Below, piece by piece: positions 14,650 to 60,656 of a DNA stretch of 64,000 bases. Made by a program: the position numbers and the translations under genes. Within the stretch, counting starts at the first letter, position 1. Each line of letters begins with the position of its first letter. The DNA lies in the NCBI GenBank assembly GCA_012295275.1, contig CM022668.1:9300001-9364000 (forward strand), in the 5' to 3' direction. The stretch comes from Chrysomallon squamiferum (taxonomy: Eukaryota; Animalia; Mollusca). The notes beneath the pieces are model-generated. The model made no database searches, had not been told where the DNA came from, and saw nothing but the letters and a program-made list of their open reading frames with translations.

Positions 14650-14837
14650 GAATTAGCAATAAGAGATCATTTTCCTAAACCTTTCCATAGATCAGAAAGA
14701 TCAGTCTACTGACTTTGATAGTCTGGCAACAGAGCAATTGCTGGAATAGAAAAGAGGCCTGTAAGGAACATAGTGGAGGATTGATCCAGCAACCAGTAAG
14801 ACACAAAGCCATATTTTTACACTGAGCTACAGTTCCT
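14650..14837 (-). mobile_element. tRNA-headed SINE-like element (degenerate)
   Basis: Reverse complement begins ggaactGTAGCTCAGTGTAAA...GGATCAATCC (pol III A/B-box-like), followed by the same core as 3865-4125 and 20395-20975. Confidence 0.55.
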
Positions 14838-14958
14838 TGTCGAGGAAGATTTACTGTCTCTGAATGATCAATAAAAATGTAGATATCTGCACAGAACAGG
14901 GACTTGTTAAACCCCTCACTATTGACTTGTTCCATCACTTTGCCTCAGCCAAGAAAAG

Positions 14959-14971
14959 GTTGCTAGGTAAC
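14959..14971. promoter_or_regulatory. RFX X-box-like palindrome GTTGCTAGGTAAC
   Basis: Close match to the X-box consensus, about 180 bp upstream of a CpG-containing candidate first exon ending at donor 15250. Confidence 0.4.
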
Positions 14972-16504
14972 CCTGCACCAATATTTGCCATTCTTGTAGA
15001 TAAGCAAGTCTTGTTTCGATGGCGCTGCTTAAAATAGGATAATCCATTTTCTATATTGTTGGTGTTTTTCTTATATTAAAAAAAAAACACTGTTAAAAAT
15101 AGTTACCTGGATTTGCAGGTTATCTAGTTTGTAACTACTGGATTTAATGTATTTTGTTGATGTCTGCATATCGCCGGTGTTGGGGAATGGGCGTGCTGAC
15201 AGACACTGGGATGTTCGGATTAATGTCACAAATGCTAAACGCCAGAAAGGTTAGTGTGTGTGTGTGTGTGTGTGTGTTCGTAATTGCTTTCTAATCGGCG
15301 AAGCTCTATTGATTTCTCTTTAATGTGAAATGTTTTCTGATTCACAGTGCTGTGTTGTTTGTGTGTTGTCCTGCTCTGTGATTCACCTCATTGATTTTGT
15401 TTTGTTTGTTTCTCAGTCTTTCTCTCTGGTGCTGTCTGCAGCTCACTCGTTACATCAGCTGTGAGAACTGATAGGCGCTGAGATCAATACTCCTCAGAAT
15501 CCTTTTGAAGATGTTAGTTAGTAAATGTAGCTTCTGTGACAGAGTTTTTCAAACTGCAGTAGTGAATTCACCCAGGATATCTAAGCAAAAATCATTATAT
15601 ATGGCAGATTCAAATGGAAAAAATAATATTTGTACAGAAGACCAGTTTAATAAGAATCATCCTCACCCAACCCTTAAAAATTACCAAGAACCAATTTTTT
15701 ATTTTATTTTTATTTTTTCTTATTTATTTCAAAAATTGCCATGAACCAATTTCTTTTTTTTTTTATATTTTTTAAATTTATTTCAAAAATTATAAAACTT
15801 ATTATATTTTATCCATTTAAACTAGTGTGTACATTTTGCTCATATATTAACTAACCATACTGAATGTATGTGACTTGTATGTTACTGAGACTATTGTTTA
15901 AAGGTTGAAGTATCAGAGTGGGGTATGGTAGATAAAAGGATCAAATGTCCTCAGTGTAGAATTGTCTCTATATATTCTGGATTATCAACATCTGTGGTGT
16001 CTGTTTTTGTGAAGTCAGTGAAAAGATCATGGCTGCCAGTTAAAACAAGTCCATTTTGAAACAGTGTTGGAATAGTTTTGTGTTATTATCTAAATGGTTC
16101 ACGTGACTGTAGATTAAGAATATGAAGATTAAATAATACAAGTAGCCTGTCTTATCCACTGGTTTGGCATCACTTAGTTTGGCAGTTGCAGGTTTGACCA
16201 ACCATAGTTCAAAACTTTTTTCTTTTTTTTCTTTTTATTTAATATCGAGAATATCTGAAATTGCTGTGTGCAGTGCTGTCCAAAGAATACAGGAACCAGT
16301 ATGATTTACATTTACCTATTGGTATTTTTATACATCTCTGCAGATATCTTGTAACTAATATATATATATATATATATATATCAAAAACACTCTTTTTTTT
16401 TTTTTTTATTTATATATTTATACTAAATTATTTATTTATTTACAAAATGTTTATTTATTTATTAATTTGTTTGTTTATTTACAGATGTGACTAACAATCA
16501 CACA

Positions 16505-50429
<33,925 letters not shown>

Positions 50430-50493
50430 CTCTCATTTGTCTCTTTTTTTTCAGTATTTTGTGGAGTCTGTACCGTAATATAAATTAACAAAC

Positions 50494-51050
50494 ATATGGG
50501 TCATCCATTTTTGCAATATTTCATCATGGGTCATCCACTTTTGCAATATTTCATCATGGGTCATCCACTTTTGCAATATTTCATCATGGGTCACCCATCA
50601 TGCAATATTTCAAAATAGGTAAAAAAATCTCTCTTTGTCAACTGAAACTTGAGTTGATGAAGATTGATAGTGTTGATTCTATAAATTAAAACATGGGTCA
50701 CCCATCATGCAATGTTTCAAGATAGCTCAGCAGTCACTTTGTCAGTTGAAACTTGGGCCGTCTATTATGTTTTTTTTTGTTTTTTTTTTAAGATTGATAG
50801 TGATCATTCTGTAAATTAGAACATGGGTCACCCATCATGTAATACTTTATCCCAGGACAACGATCATTCAGTAAAATTTAATCTAAACATTGGTCACCCA
50901 TAATGCAACATTTCATCACAGGTTAAAGAGTATTTTGTAATTTATAACATGGGTCTGTCTCCCTCCCCCTCTTCCATATATTTCAAGATAGGTCACTGAA
51001 CATTGTGTAAATTCAAACATGGGTCACCCAGCATGCAATATTTCATAACA
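50494..51050 (+). repeat. Array of ~9 copies of a palindromic core (ATGGGTCACCCAT) in the MYO3 3' UTR
   Basis: Cores near 50496, 50526, 50556, 50586, 50693, 50823, 50889, 50949 and 51019, separated by variable spacers. Confidence 0.85.
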
Positions 51051-51891
51051 GATTAGACTGTTCTGTAATTCTGCAGCTGATACAGAAAGATGTAAAACAA
51101 TTGGAAAGTCGGTGAAATAAAGTCAGTTGTTTATTATTATTATCATTTCCACTTTTAATAAGAAATAACGAAACAAAATGTACGTAAACTGTCTGATATT
51201 AATATAGGTAAATTTGATGAAGAAATCATAAAACAAAATGTATTGTATACGAAATGTATACAAAATTTGATATACTGTTATAACAACAGGTAAACTTGGA
51301 AAAGAAACAAAACAAAAATATATTGTTTAAAAAATGTAATATATAGGAAATGTAGGTTATAACTATCAGACACTTTGAAAATAATGAACAAAACAAAATA
51401 TTCTGTATATAAAAGCTATTGTAAACAAAATTTATTATTTACAAAATTTATTTATAAGTATATTATTTTTTACCTGTACACTTTGATGAGTAACAGAACA
51501 AAATATATTGTATACGAAATGGTATTACTAGTAGCAACAGAACAAAATGTATTGTATGTAAAATGTATTGTATGCAAAGTGTATTATATACAAAATGTAT
51601 TTATACTGTTACTAGAATTACTACAGGTACATTTTCATATTTTATTTTTACCAAATTTATCTTAGTAATTCCATCACAGTTCTTTAATAATCCATTGTAT
51701 TTAAAGTATATGTATACATACATCTATTTATAAAATTTTGTTTTGTTGATGCTTTGAAAACATTCCATGAATTTGATAACCTCAGTTTGTAAATGGTCTT
51801 TACTTATTTTGAAAAAATATTACTTCTAATTTTACATATTTTGCATTTTGGAAGTTTTCATTCATTCATTCATTCATTCCTTATTTTGTTA

Positions 51892-51923
<32 letters not shown>

Positions 51924-54716
51924 AACTTATTATTAGTATTATTGTTATTATTTTCTTGATTTATTTGACATTGCTATCTTTACAGTGTAATTATAAATTT
52001 TTATTATTTTAGCTTTTTTTGTTAGTTACCATCTATCTCGTATAATATGTATTTATAGATATGTAATATTTGTTGATGCATGTAATATAAATTAATATGC
52101 AATGTCAATTAATGTGTAATATAAATTAATATGTAGTATTATTGTGTACATAATGAGATTTACACTGTGGTGAATTTTGCTGGGTATTTTGATGGTCAGG
52201 GTGTTTTAAATGAATGAGGGAAAAAGAAAAATGAAATGTCTTCTTTTTTATTTTAAATTTAAAAATGCCAAAATAATGCCTCACTAACATTCCTTATTTT
52301 ATGTTATTTATTTATTTATTTTTCAAAAGGTTTTCTAAATTTAAAAATAAATAAATAAATAAAAATTTATATTAAAACATTATTTAAAAATTATTTATTA
52401 ATGTAGATCTGTTTCTGATATTTGTGTACATACATATATATATATATGATCAAAACCAATGCTGTGTTCTAATATTTGCCGTGATTTTCTTATTTTTATT
52501 TTATTTTTTTTATCTCTTTATGTTACCTATGCAATTTCATGTTCATACATGTGTGTGTGTGTGTGTGTTTTAGTGGATGTACATGTAGATTTTTATGCAT
52601 GTATGTATAATATGTATTTAATTTTTTTTTAAATATTGCAATTCACAACAAATTTAACATCTCATCATGCAAAACAGCTATGTCACATTCCTGAGAATTA
52701 AATACATTTTGTATATATCTAGTGTGATAAATATTAGTTTTTTATACGTATACAAATATATAACAAAAACTAATCTTAATTTTTTTTTTTACAATTTTTA
52801 AACATTCCTATTCCTTCCAGATTCTTTGTGGAAATTATTGCCAAAAATATACTCACTAATTTTTTTTTTTTTTTAACTTACTTACTTTAAAAAATCTATT
52901 TCTTTATAAAAATTTGTTCCTTGTTTTTACACTTTCTTTAATGTTCCATTATCAGCAGCTTAAATCCATTATCACAATATATCAACCATGATCTGTTCCA
53001 AGAAGGTGTTGTATACAATATCAACAATAGTTAAATAACAATGTGCTAAGCTCATAGTTAAATGATTCAGCAGTTTTGGTTGTTATAAGTGTCTGTGTTT
53101 TTGCTGCTTGCAGCTAACCAAGTGTTTATGGCTAATTTTGGAAAATTGTCAAAAAAATGTGTTGTGACTGTAACAGTTAAATGCTGTGTTACAGTAAAAC
53201 GAAAATAGCTAATATCTGTTGAAGTAATTTAAAAGGTCTACAAGTATGACAGCAGTAACAATTTATCTATTTTATTTATATATTTATTTATTTAATTCTA
53301 TTATTTTATATTTTTATTATAAACTTTTTTTATTTTTATTTTTTTATTATAAATATTTTTTTATTTTAATTGAATTACTATGGTTATTTATTTATTGTTT
53401 TATTTTATTTTTTTAGAATCCAGTGCAATTTAATTTAATGATTATTTATTTATTTTATTTATTTATTTATTTTATTTTATTTATTTTAGTTTAATATAAT
53501 TTATAATTTAATTTAATTTAATTCAACACCAATTCTATGATTATTTTATTTATTTATTTATTTATTTATTTTATTTATTTTAATTTAATATAATTTATAA
53601 TTTAAATAATTTAATTTAATCCAACACCAATATATGATTATATATTTATTTATTTATTTATTCATTTTTCTTTCTTATTTATTAATACTTTTCATTACTC
53701 TTTGATAAAACAATAACACTGTGATAATATGCTCATCCATTTATCCATCCATCCATCCATCCATCCATCCATCTATCCATCCATCCATCCATCCAGTATA
53801 TACATTTACACGTATAACCCCTAACAAACACAACATACAGTAAAAATAAGGATTATACTCGCTGTGAACTCAGTTATTTTTGCATATATTTATGTTTAAT
53901 GTTAAATAGATTTTTATTTTAATACTACCTTATTTATGTGTTAAGCTTTGGTGAATGTTTAGCTTAGCTGTGATACATTGTATAACATATCAAATGTGTA
54001 GAAAATAGTACAGTGATTAACAGTGTATTACATTTGATATGTAATACACAGTCTAACTGTGTTATAAATTTGATATTTAAATATTATGTTGTAAAATACA
54101 GCTTGTAAATGGGTTTATGCCTGTTGTAGATGGCTTATCAGAATTTTATTTTATTTTATTTTATTTTATTTTATTTTATTTATTTATTTATTTATTTTAT
54201 TATCAGAGGAGGAAACAATAGCTCAAGTTTCTGATGGTATTGTATGCAGAAACCATATTTAATAAAAGTGTTTAAAATCTTGTGAATAATTCACTCCAAT
54301 TTGCTATATAAAATACATAAAATGATTTAGAAAACTGCATAAAACATCATTCAGAGTGTTAGCTGTGCATGAAATACAAAATATTTGAAAATATTTTACC
54401 AGAATGTCTTCAGGCAGTATTGTTTAAGCTGTATATAAAATAAAAAAAGAATTTTGTACTTAGATCAGAGCTCAGCCTCTGCTTATATATTTTAAAATTT
54501 GATGTTTATGAGAGATAATTTTTGTGTGAAGCATTTCAGATAAGAAATGTATAATCCTGTATTACTCTGTGAATATAGTTTCTGGCTGGGATTTTATGCT
54601 TACAGTAGAATGATTTTGACATGTCTTTTGATTTTTAAATTTAGATTTTTTTTCTTAAATATTGAAAGCACAAATTTGAGATTTAGTAAGATATATATTT
54701 TTTAATTTCATGAGCG

Positions 54717-54761
<45 letters not shown>

Positions 54762-55159
54762 AGATTATACCTCAAAATATTTTTTGTTAATGTTTATTAG
54801 CTGGTTAATCATGTCAATCTGATGGATAATGTTAAATATTTTTGTTCATGATTTTATTATTATTATTATTATTATTATTACTACTACTACTACTCAGAAA
54901 TTTTTCAAATATCAAGGCAGCTAAAAGATCTTTGGATGAGATTGATGCAACTTACTCTGATTTTCACTTCAAATAATATATTAATATTTAATTTTTTTTT
55001 TAACCCCAAATTAAATCATTCCAGTATTTTTTATTCTTTTTATTAAGAATACTTCATTACTCAGTCTATACTCACATTTTTTCCTTTCAGTATATACTAT
55101 TAACTTAAATTTTTTTTTTTTTTTAAAGTGTTTAATACTGAATACATTGTAAATGCAGT

Positions 55160-56430
55160 TACTTACTATATTACACTGTACTGTACTCCATTGTACTGAT
55201 ACTTTACTATATCATGTGAACTGATAGTATTTACATAAAACTATGTTATGTTCTGATACACACTAATACTAAAATATAAGATGCTGGATTTTACTAAGGT
55301 ACACTAATATTACATAAAACTTTGTTATGTACTCACTAATACTAAAATATACCATACTAACTAAATATACTAAAATACCAAAATATACCATACTGTACTT
55401 TACAATACACTACTATATATACTATATTATATTATACTATACTATATTAATATTAATATTAAAATATATTACAGTTTAGTATTAATATATTATATTATAC
55501 TCTGTTAATCTGTGTAATATACTTTAAGCTATAATACTCTTTGATATTACATACCATTCTATGCTATATACTACATTACATTACACTACACTAGACTACC
55601 CAGTACTATATTAAATACTATATTACATACACTTTACTATACTATATTATACTATACCATACTACACTATACTATACTACAATACTATACTATACCATTG
55701 TGTATTATTCTTTACTGAATACTACTCAGTGTTATAGTATACTGTATACTACTATACTATACTACACTATACTATACATCACTGTATGTTATTACGTTCT
55801 ATACTGTGTGATAAACAATGATAATAAATGCCATGACACTATACTGTATTAAGTTGTTGCCTACCATACTAGAAGTAATCTACATCATACTATACCATAC
55901 CATGCAATTACTTACGCTAAACTCTTCCAATCAATTACTTAAGCTAAACTCTGCCAATCAATTACTTAAGCTATACCATACCATACAGTTACTTAAGCTA
56001 TACCATGCCATATAATTATTTAAGCTATACCATGCCATACATTTACTTAAGCTATAACATGCCATATAATTATTTAAGCTATGCCATGCCATACATTTAC
56101 TTAGGCTATACCATGCCACATTATGTGATGTTATAATGTACTATTCTACAGTACTCTATGCTATACTGTGCTATACTTAACTATGCTACACTGCTGTATT
56201 ATACTTAACTATGCTACACTGCTGTACTATACTTAACTATACTACACTGCTGTACTATACTTAACTATACTAAACTACTGTACTACGTACGCTATGTCAT
56301 ATTATTCGATACTACAGTACACCACATCATGTTCTGCTATGCTAGATTATGCCAATGTATTGTACTATACTGTACTAGACTACACTACACTACACTACAT
56401 TACACTACACTTTACTATAATCTTCTACAA
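55160..56430 (+). repeat. Degenerate (ACTAT)n-type satellite with embedded ~25-bp tandem units
   Basis: tactatactacac tracts; tacttaagctataccatgccata units ~55900-56120; atacttaactatgctacactgctgt units ~56165-56285. Confidence 0.75.
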
Positions 56431-56718
56431 TACACTGTGCTTTGGTGCACTCCATTCACTTTTTACAGTTGTATAAATATGTCAATTCTTGACAGTATAC
56501 TGATTGCACCCATTATAGTTGTGATAAATTCATCTTGCTCAGATTTGTCTATGTACATATATATTATACATACAGTAGTTATTTATATGTGGTAATTAAA
56601 TGCTTTATTAAACAGTGCATATGTAAAAACTTGTATTGTTATTTCAGTATTTTGTACTAGTTTGTTAAAAAAATGTGGTTATGCATTACTATACTAAAAT
56701 GTGTGGTTATCTATTTGA

Positions 56719-56840
56719 AATAAACATTCCAGATTAAAACCTGGCTGGCTCAAATACTTTCTGTGTTTGTTGTCTCTGTTGCCATTGGTATGTATGTTCT
56801 GTCTCTGTTTTGTTTCTGTTTGTGTCTCTGTTTCTCATCT
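56719..56840 (+). terminator. Candidate distal poly(A) signal for MYO3
   Basis: AATAAA at 56719-56724 followed by a GT/T-rich downstream element (56760-56840). Confidence 0.3.
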
Positions 56841-57617
56841 GTATTGATTTCAGGTGGGTGGTGGGTTTTAACTGGTAGATACATAACTGAGATACTGTGG
56901 GGCAGATGTTTATAAACTGATATGATAATGAGAGTTCTGTAAAATGCTACTCTGTGTAAAATGTTACTCTGTGTAATGTTATAGATGCTTAATTTAAATT
57001 TTAAATGGGTGATTAGTGAAGGTATAGAAATTTGGATAATGAAAGAGAGGAAAATTTGTGTTATTGTACATAAGTTTAAATATTATTTAAATATTTATTA
57101 TTGATTCATTCATTAAATTTATATTATTATTACTATTATTAACTTTTCATTCAATTTAAATTATTATTACTATTATTATTGTTATTGTTATTATTATTAT
57201 TTGTTTTTGTTATTGTTTTTTTGTTATTTCTGTAAGGAGTGGATGGATTGTTTATGACAAAATGTTTGTGTAAATGGTTGTGAAAGGATGATTATGTAAA
57301 CATGTAACTAGCTACAAAACCAAACCTCAGAAATTAAAGTATGCATTGACATTCTAATATTCACTTCATAACATTAATATTAATCAGATTTTAACAGTAG
57401 CAAACAACATGTAGATATATCATCCCTATTTTCACAAACCAGCTTATCCAATTTTTTTTAAAAACATTTTCTTTATTTTTTTTATACATTCAATAAATAT
57501 AATATTAAAGGTTTCAAAATCTGATACTTTAGCCAATATGTTTCTAAACTAATAAAGGAAACTGGGGTGTTAAACAGGTTGTAAGATAATTATGTTTCCA
57601 GAATAAAAATACTAACC

Positions 57618-57670
<53 letters not shown>

Positions 57671-57929
57671 ATCTTGAGATAAGTGAGTTCATGAAAACAG
57701 TTCAATATATCAATTTAAAAAAGAAAAAAAGAAAAAATGTAATACTTATAAAATGTAAACATACAGTGCCAGATTTAGCTGCGATTTATGTCCTCACAAG
57801 AGATTCAAAAATTGAGTATAACAAAATTCAGTGTAAATACTTTGTCAAATAAACAAAATTTTGTATAGCTTAAGGCCTTATCAAGTAAAAATCCTGCACT
57901 GAATTGATACCCACATTTAAGATATGTTT

Positions 57930-58210
57930 GGCCTACCTTTCAGCCGATTACAGTCAAAAGTAAAATCCATCTGTGATCGTTATGATTCGTGCGACCCGTC
58001 CCCAAGTGACGTCATACAATTGTGACGTCCATGTCAGGATGTTATTACGTTCCTTGTTGCTATTTATAGCGACGTAAATTGTAAACAAAATGGCGATTAT
58101 TTGTTATTAGCTACAGCTTCAAAACAAATATCGAACAGTTCAGTGTCTGTCTGAGGTTTGCGTAGAGATAAATTAATGCGAAGGAATGAGATTATTTACC
58201 TGGAGGTATT
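57930..58210. promoter_or_regulatory. Orphan CpG-rich promoter-like segment
   Basis: TGACGTCA at 58007, TGACGTCC at 58023, inverted repeat GTTGCTAtttaTAGCGAC at 58056, YY1-like CAAAATGGCG at 58086. Donor-like sites on both strands. Confidence 0.5.
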
Positions 58211-58346
58211 TATTAGATCAGTGCAAAATTTTCTATCAATTTTTCTTAGTTTTTGTGGCTGTTTTTCTTTCAAATTTTTCAGTGAAATACTTATATATTT
58301 GTGTTTTGTTTTGTCTTGATCGTGCATCTAATAATAATAAATTTAA

Positions 58347-58403
<57 letters not shown>

Positions 58404-60563
58404 TGCAATGAATCAATGTTAAATAATTGCAGGTTTCTTGTTTTGTTTTGTATTTAATGATTATTTATTTATGGTTTATTATTATTATTATTGTTATTAT
58501 TTCTTTGGTTTTTTTCGGAAAGAACTGAAGAGGCGTTTGACAAAGTAATTTGATTCAGAAAGGATAAGAAATAGATGGATTTGTCTGTTAAATGGATATT
58601 GAATACTTTGAATCAACTGGGTTTTTTTTCTTGACATTTGTATACGACTCAAAATATTTTATAATTTCATGTCTTCATTTTTACATCAGATTTTATCTAT
58701 TAATCATCCTTCATTACCAGAGCCTTACACTAACCATCCAGGTATACACATATTCAAGCAGACAGATACACACACACACTACAATAATTGTTTGCAAATC
58801 CACCCAATGTTAATAAATAAACAAATGAAAGTATAAAGAAAAAACAACCAATAAAGCTGGTTTTAATGCATTGTTTATTAAAATTCATTGTGTTCATAAT
58901 CACTACTAAAAATCATACAGTACAATAATTTTCAAAACATCAAAGCACATTCAGCATCAAAAAAAAAAAAAATTGACATTATTTCATAATTATACGTAGT
59001 TTGTCATCATCATAATGGTTTTTTTTTTTTTTTTACATTGAATATAAAAATCTACATATTTTAAAATTGTAGGCATTTATGTCAATATCAGTTAATCAGC
59101 AAACATAATTTTGTTTTGGTTTTTTTGGTACCATAAAAATACAAATAATTTTAAAATTGTATAAAATTCTTCTCATGATAAATTTTGTAATCCTTATTTT
59201 AAAACTGAAATTAATTATTTAAAAAGAAACAATTGTTTAAAAAGTGTTGATAAATAAAATAAAAATTATTCAAAATTAAAAGCTGATAAATTTAATTTTG
59301 CCTAATCTAATATTTATTTAAACTAAAAATTTAGTTTTTTCAGTTGCTTTTCATTAATAATGCCAGAATTTCAATATTTCTAGTAAAGCAATAAAAACTA
59401 AAACAAGTTAAAACAATAATTAAATGCATGTTTTGTTTTGGTTAATATTTCATTAATTCTTGAAGATAGTTACTTCATTTTTGTTTTTATATCTCTTAAG
59501 AAAAAAAAAGAAGATTTTACTTCTCTCACTTAAAATATGGCTGTTTAGGCAACAAAATCAGAAAATCTGTTAAATACAGAAATTTGACACAACTGATAAA
59601 TTCATTTTTATTTTAATATTTTTAAAAGTAAAAGGCTTAAACATTGAATCATAAATGTAACTTTTGGTTCCTAATTATGAAATTACTTATTACAGTTCTA
59701 AAATTTAAAACAAGAATTATATTATTATTATTATTATTATTTTTTTCAGAATTTAATTGCACAGCCATAAAAGTAAACATGCAATTAAAAAAATTTAAAA
59801 ACCCTCAAGCACATTAAAAAATAAGAAAACTAAAAATTTCTAATTTTCCTTCCAAATTAAATGTAGAAAACTGTTTGAAAAAGCACTAAAATAAACTAAA
59901 AAGAAAACATTAAAAATATATTTATGACATCCTTACTTAAAAATGTAAGAATTTTATTGCATGTATTATTAATATATGACCATGCACACGCCTCACATCG
60001 TATATAAAAAGCATTGCAACAAACATAGCCCAATTTACATTAATCACTCGGTTTAGCTTCACAACTGTATCATGCTTATGTTTCAACATTGTAGTGTTTT
60101 GAAGCCCACATTTAACAAATATCACAGCTTCATAATATCCATGTGGTTGCCATGGAAATACCTGACATTATAACCACAGACTGATTTCTTTTATTACATC
60201 ATAACCAGATATCTTCATCTATTACATAATGTTCAAAGAACTGCATATATGATGTCATTTCCATGACAACATGCATTATGATGTCATAACCAAATATTTC
60301 ATTTTGTTATCACATCATATTTAAAGGAATAAATCATTAAAATATTGCCACTTCCATGACAACCATGTATTAGGCCATCCTTTCCAAAGGCTACTAGTAT
60401 CACATTCAATATCTGAGAGTATAACAATCAAAACATACACTTATTGCTTTTATCTGCAATACTGTTTTAAGTTTATAATAAAAGCCACTACTATTCACAA
60501 TTAATAAGATAGCGAGTAAATTATTTTATACCAAAAAAGAAGAAGAATAAAAGCTGTTTTATG

Positions 60564-60656
60564 TTATTTTGGCAACCCATCAAGTAACATGGAAGACACT
60601 AACACTTTGTCTTGTAGAGTGTGTTCAAGTTCTTTCTCATCAAGTTTCAACACAAT
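60564..60656 (-). CDS. CDC6: CDC6 terminal exon
   Basis: ccag|IVLKLDEKELEHTLQDKVLVSSMLLDGLPK TAA. Confidence 0.9.
   Translation of the reverse strand: MVLKLDEKELEHTLQDKVLVSSMLLDGLPK

Noticed and set aside
14790-14837. tRNA gene on the minus strand
   Set aside because: Only degenerate A/B boxes with no cloverleaf, followed by SINE core sequence.
50494-51050. CRISPR-like repeat-spacer appearance (also 35360-35850)
   Set aside because: Eukaryotic intron/UTR context, no cas genes, spacers irregular in length and partly homologous to each other.
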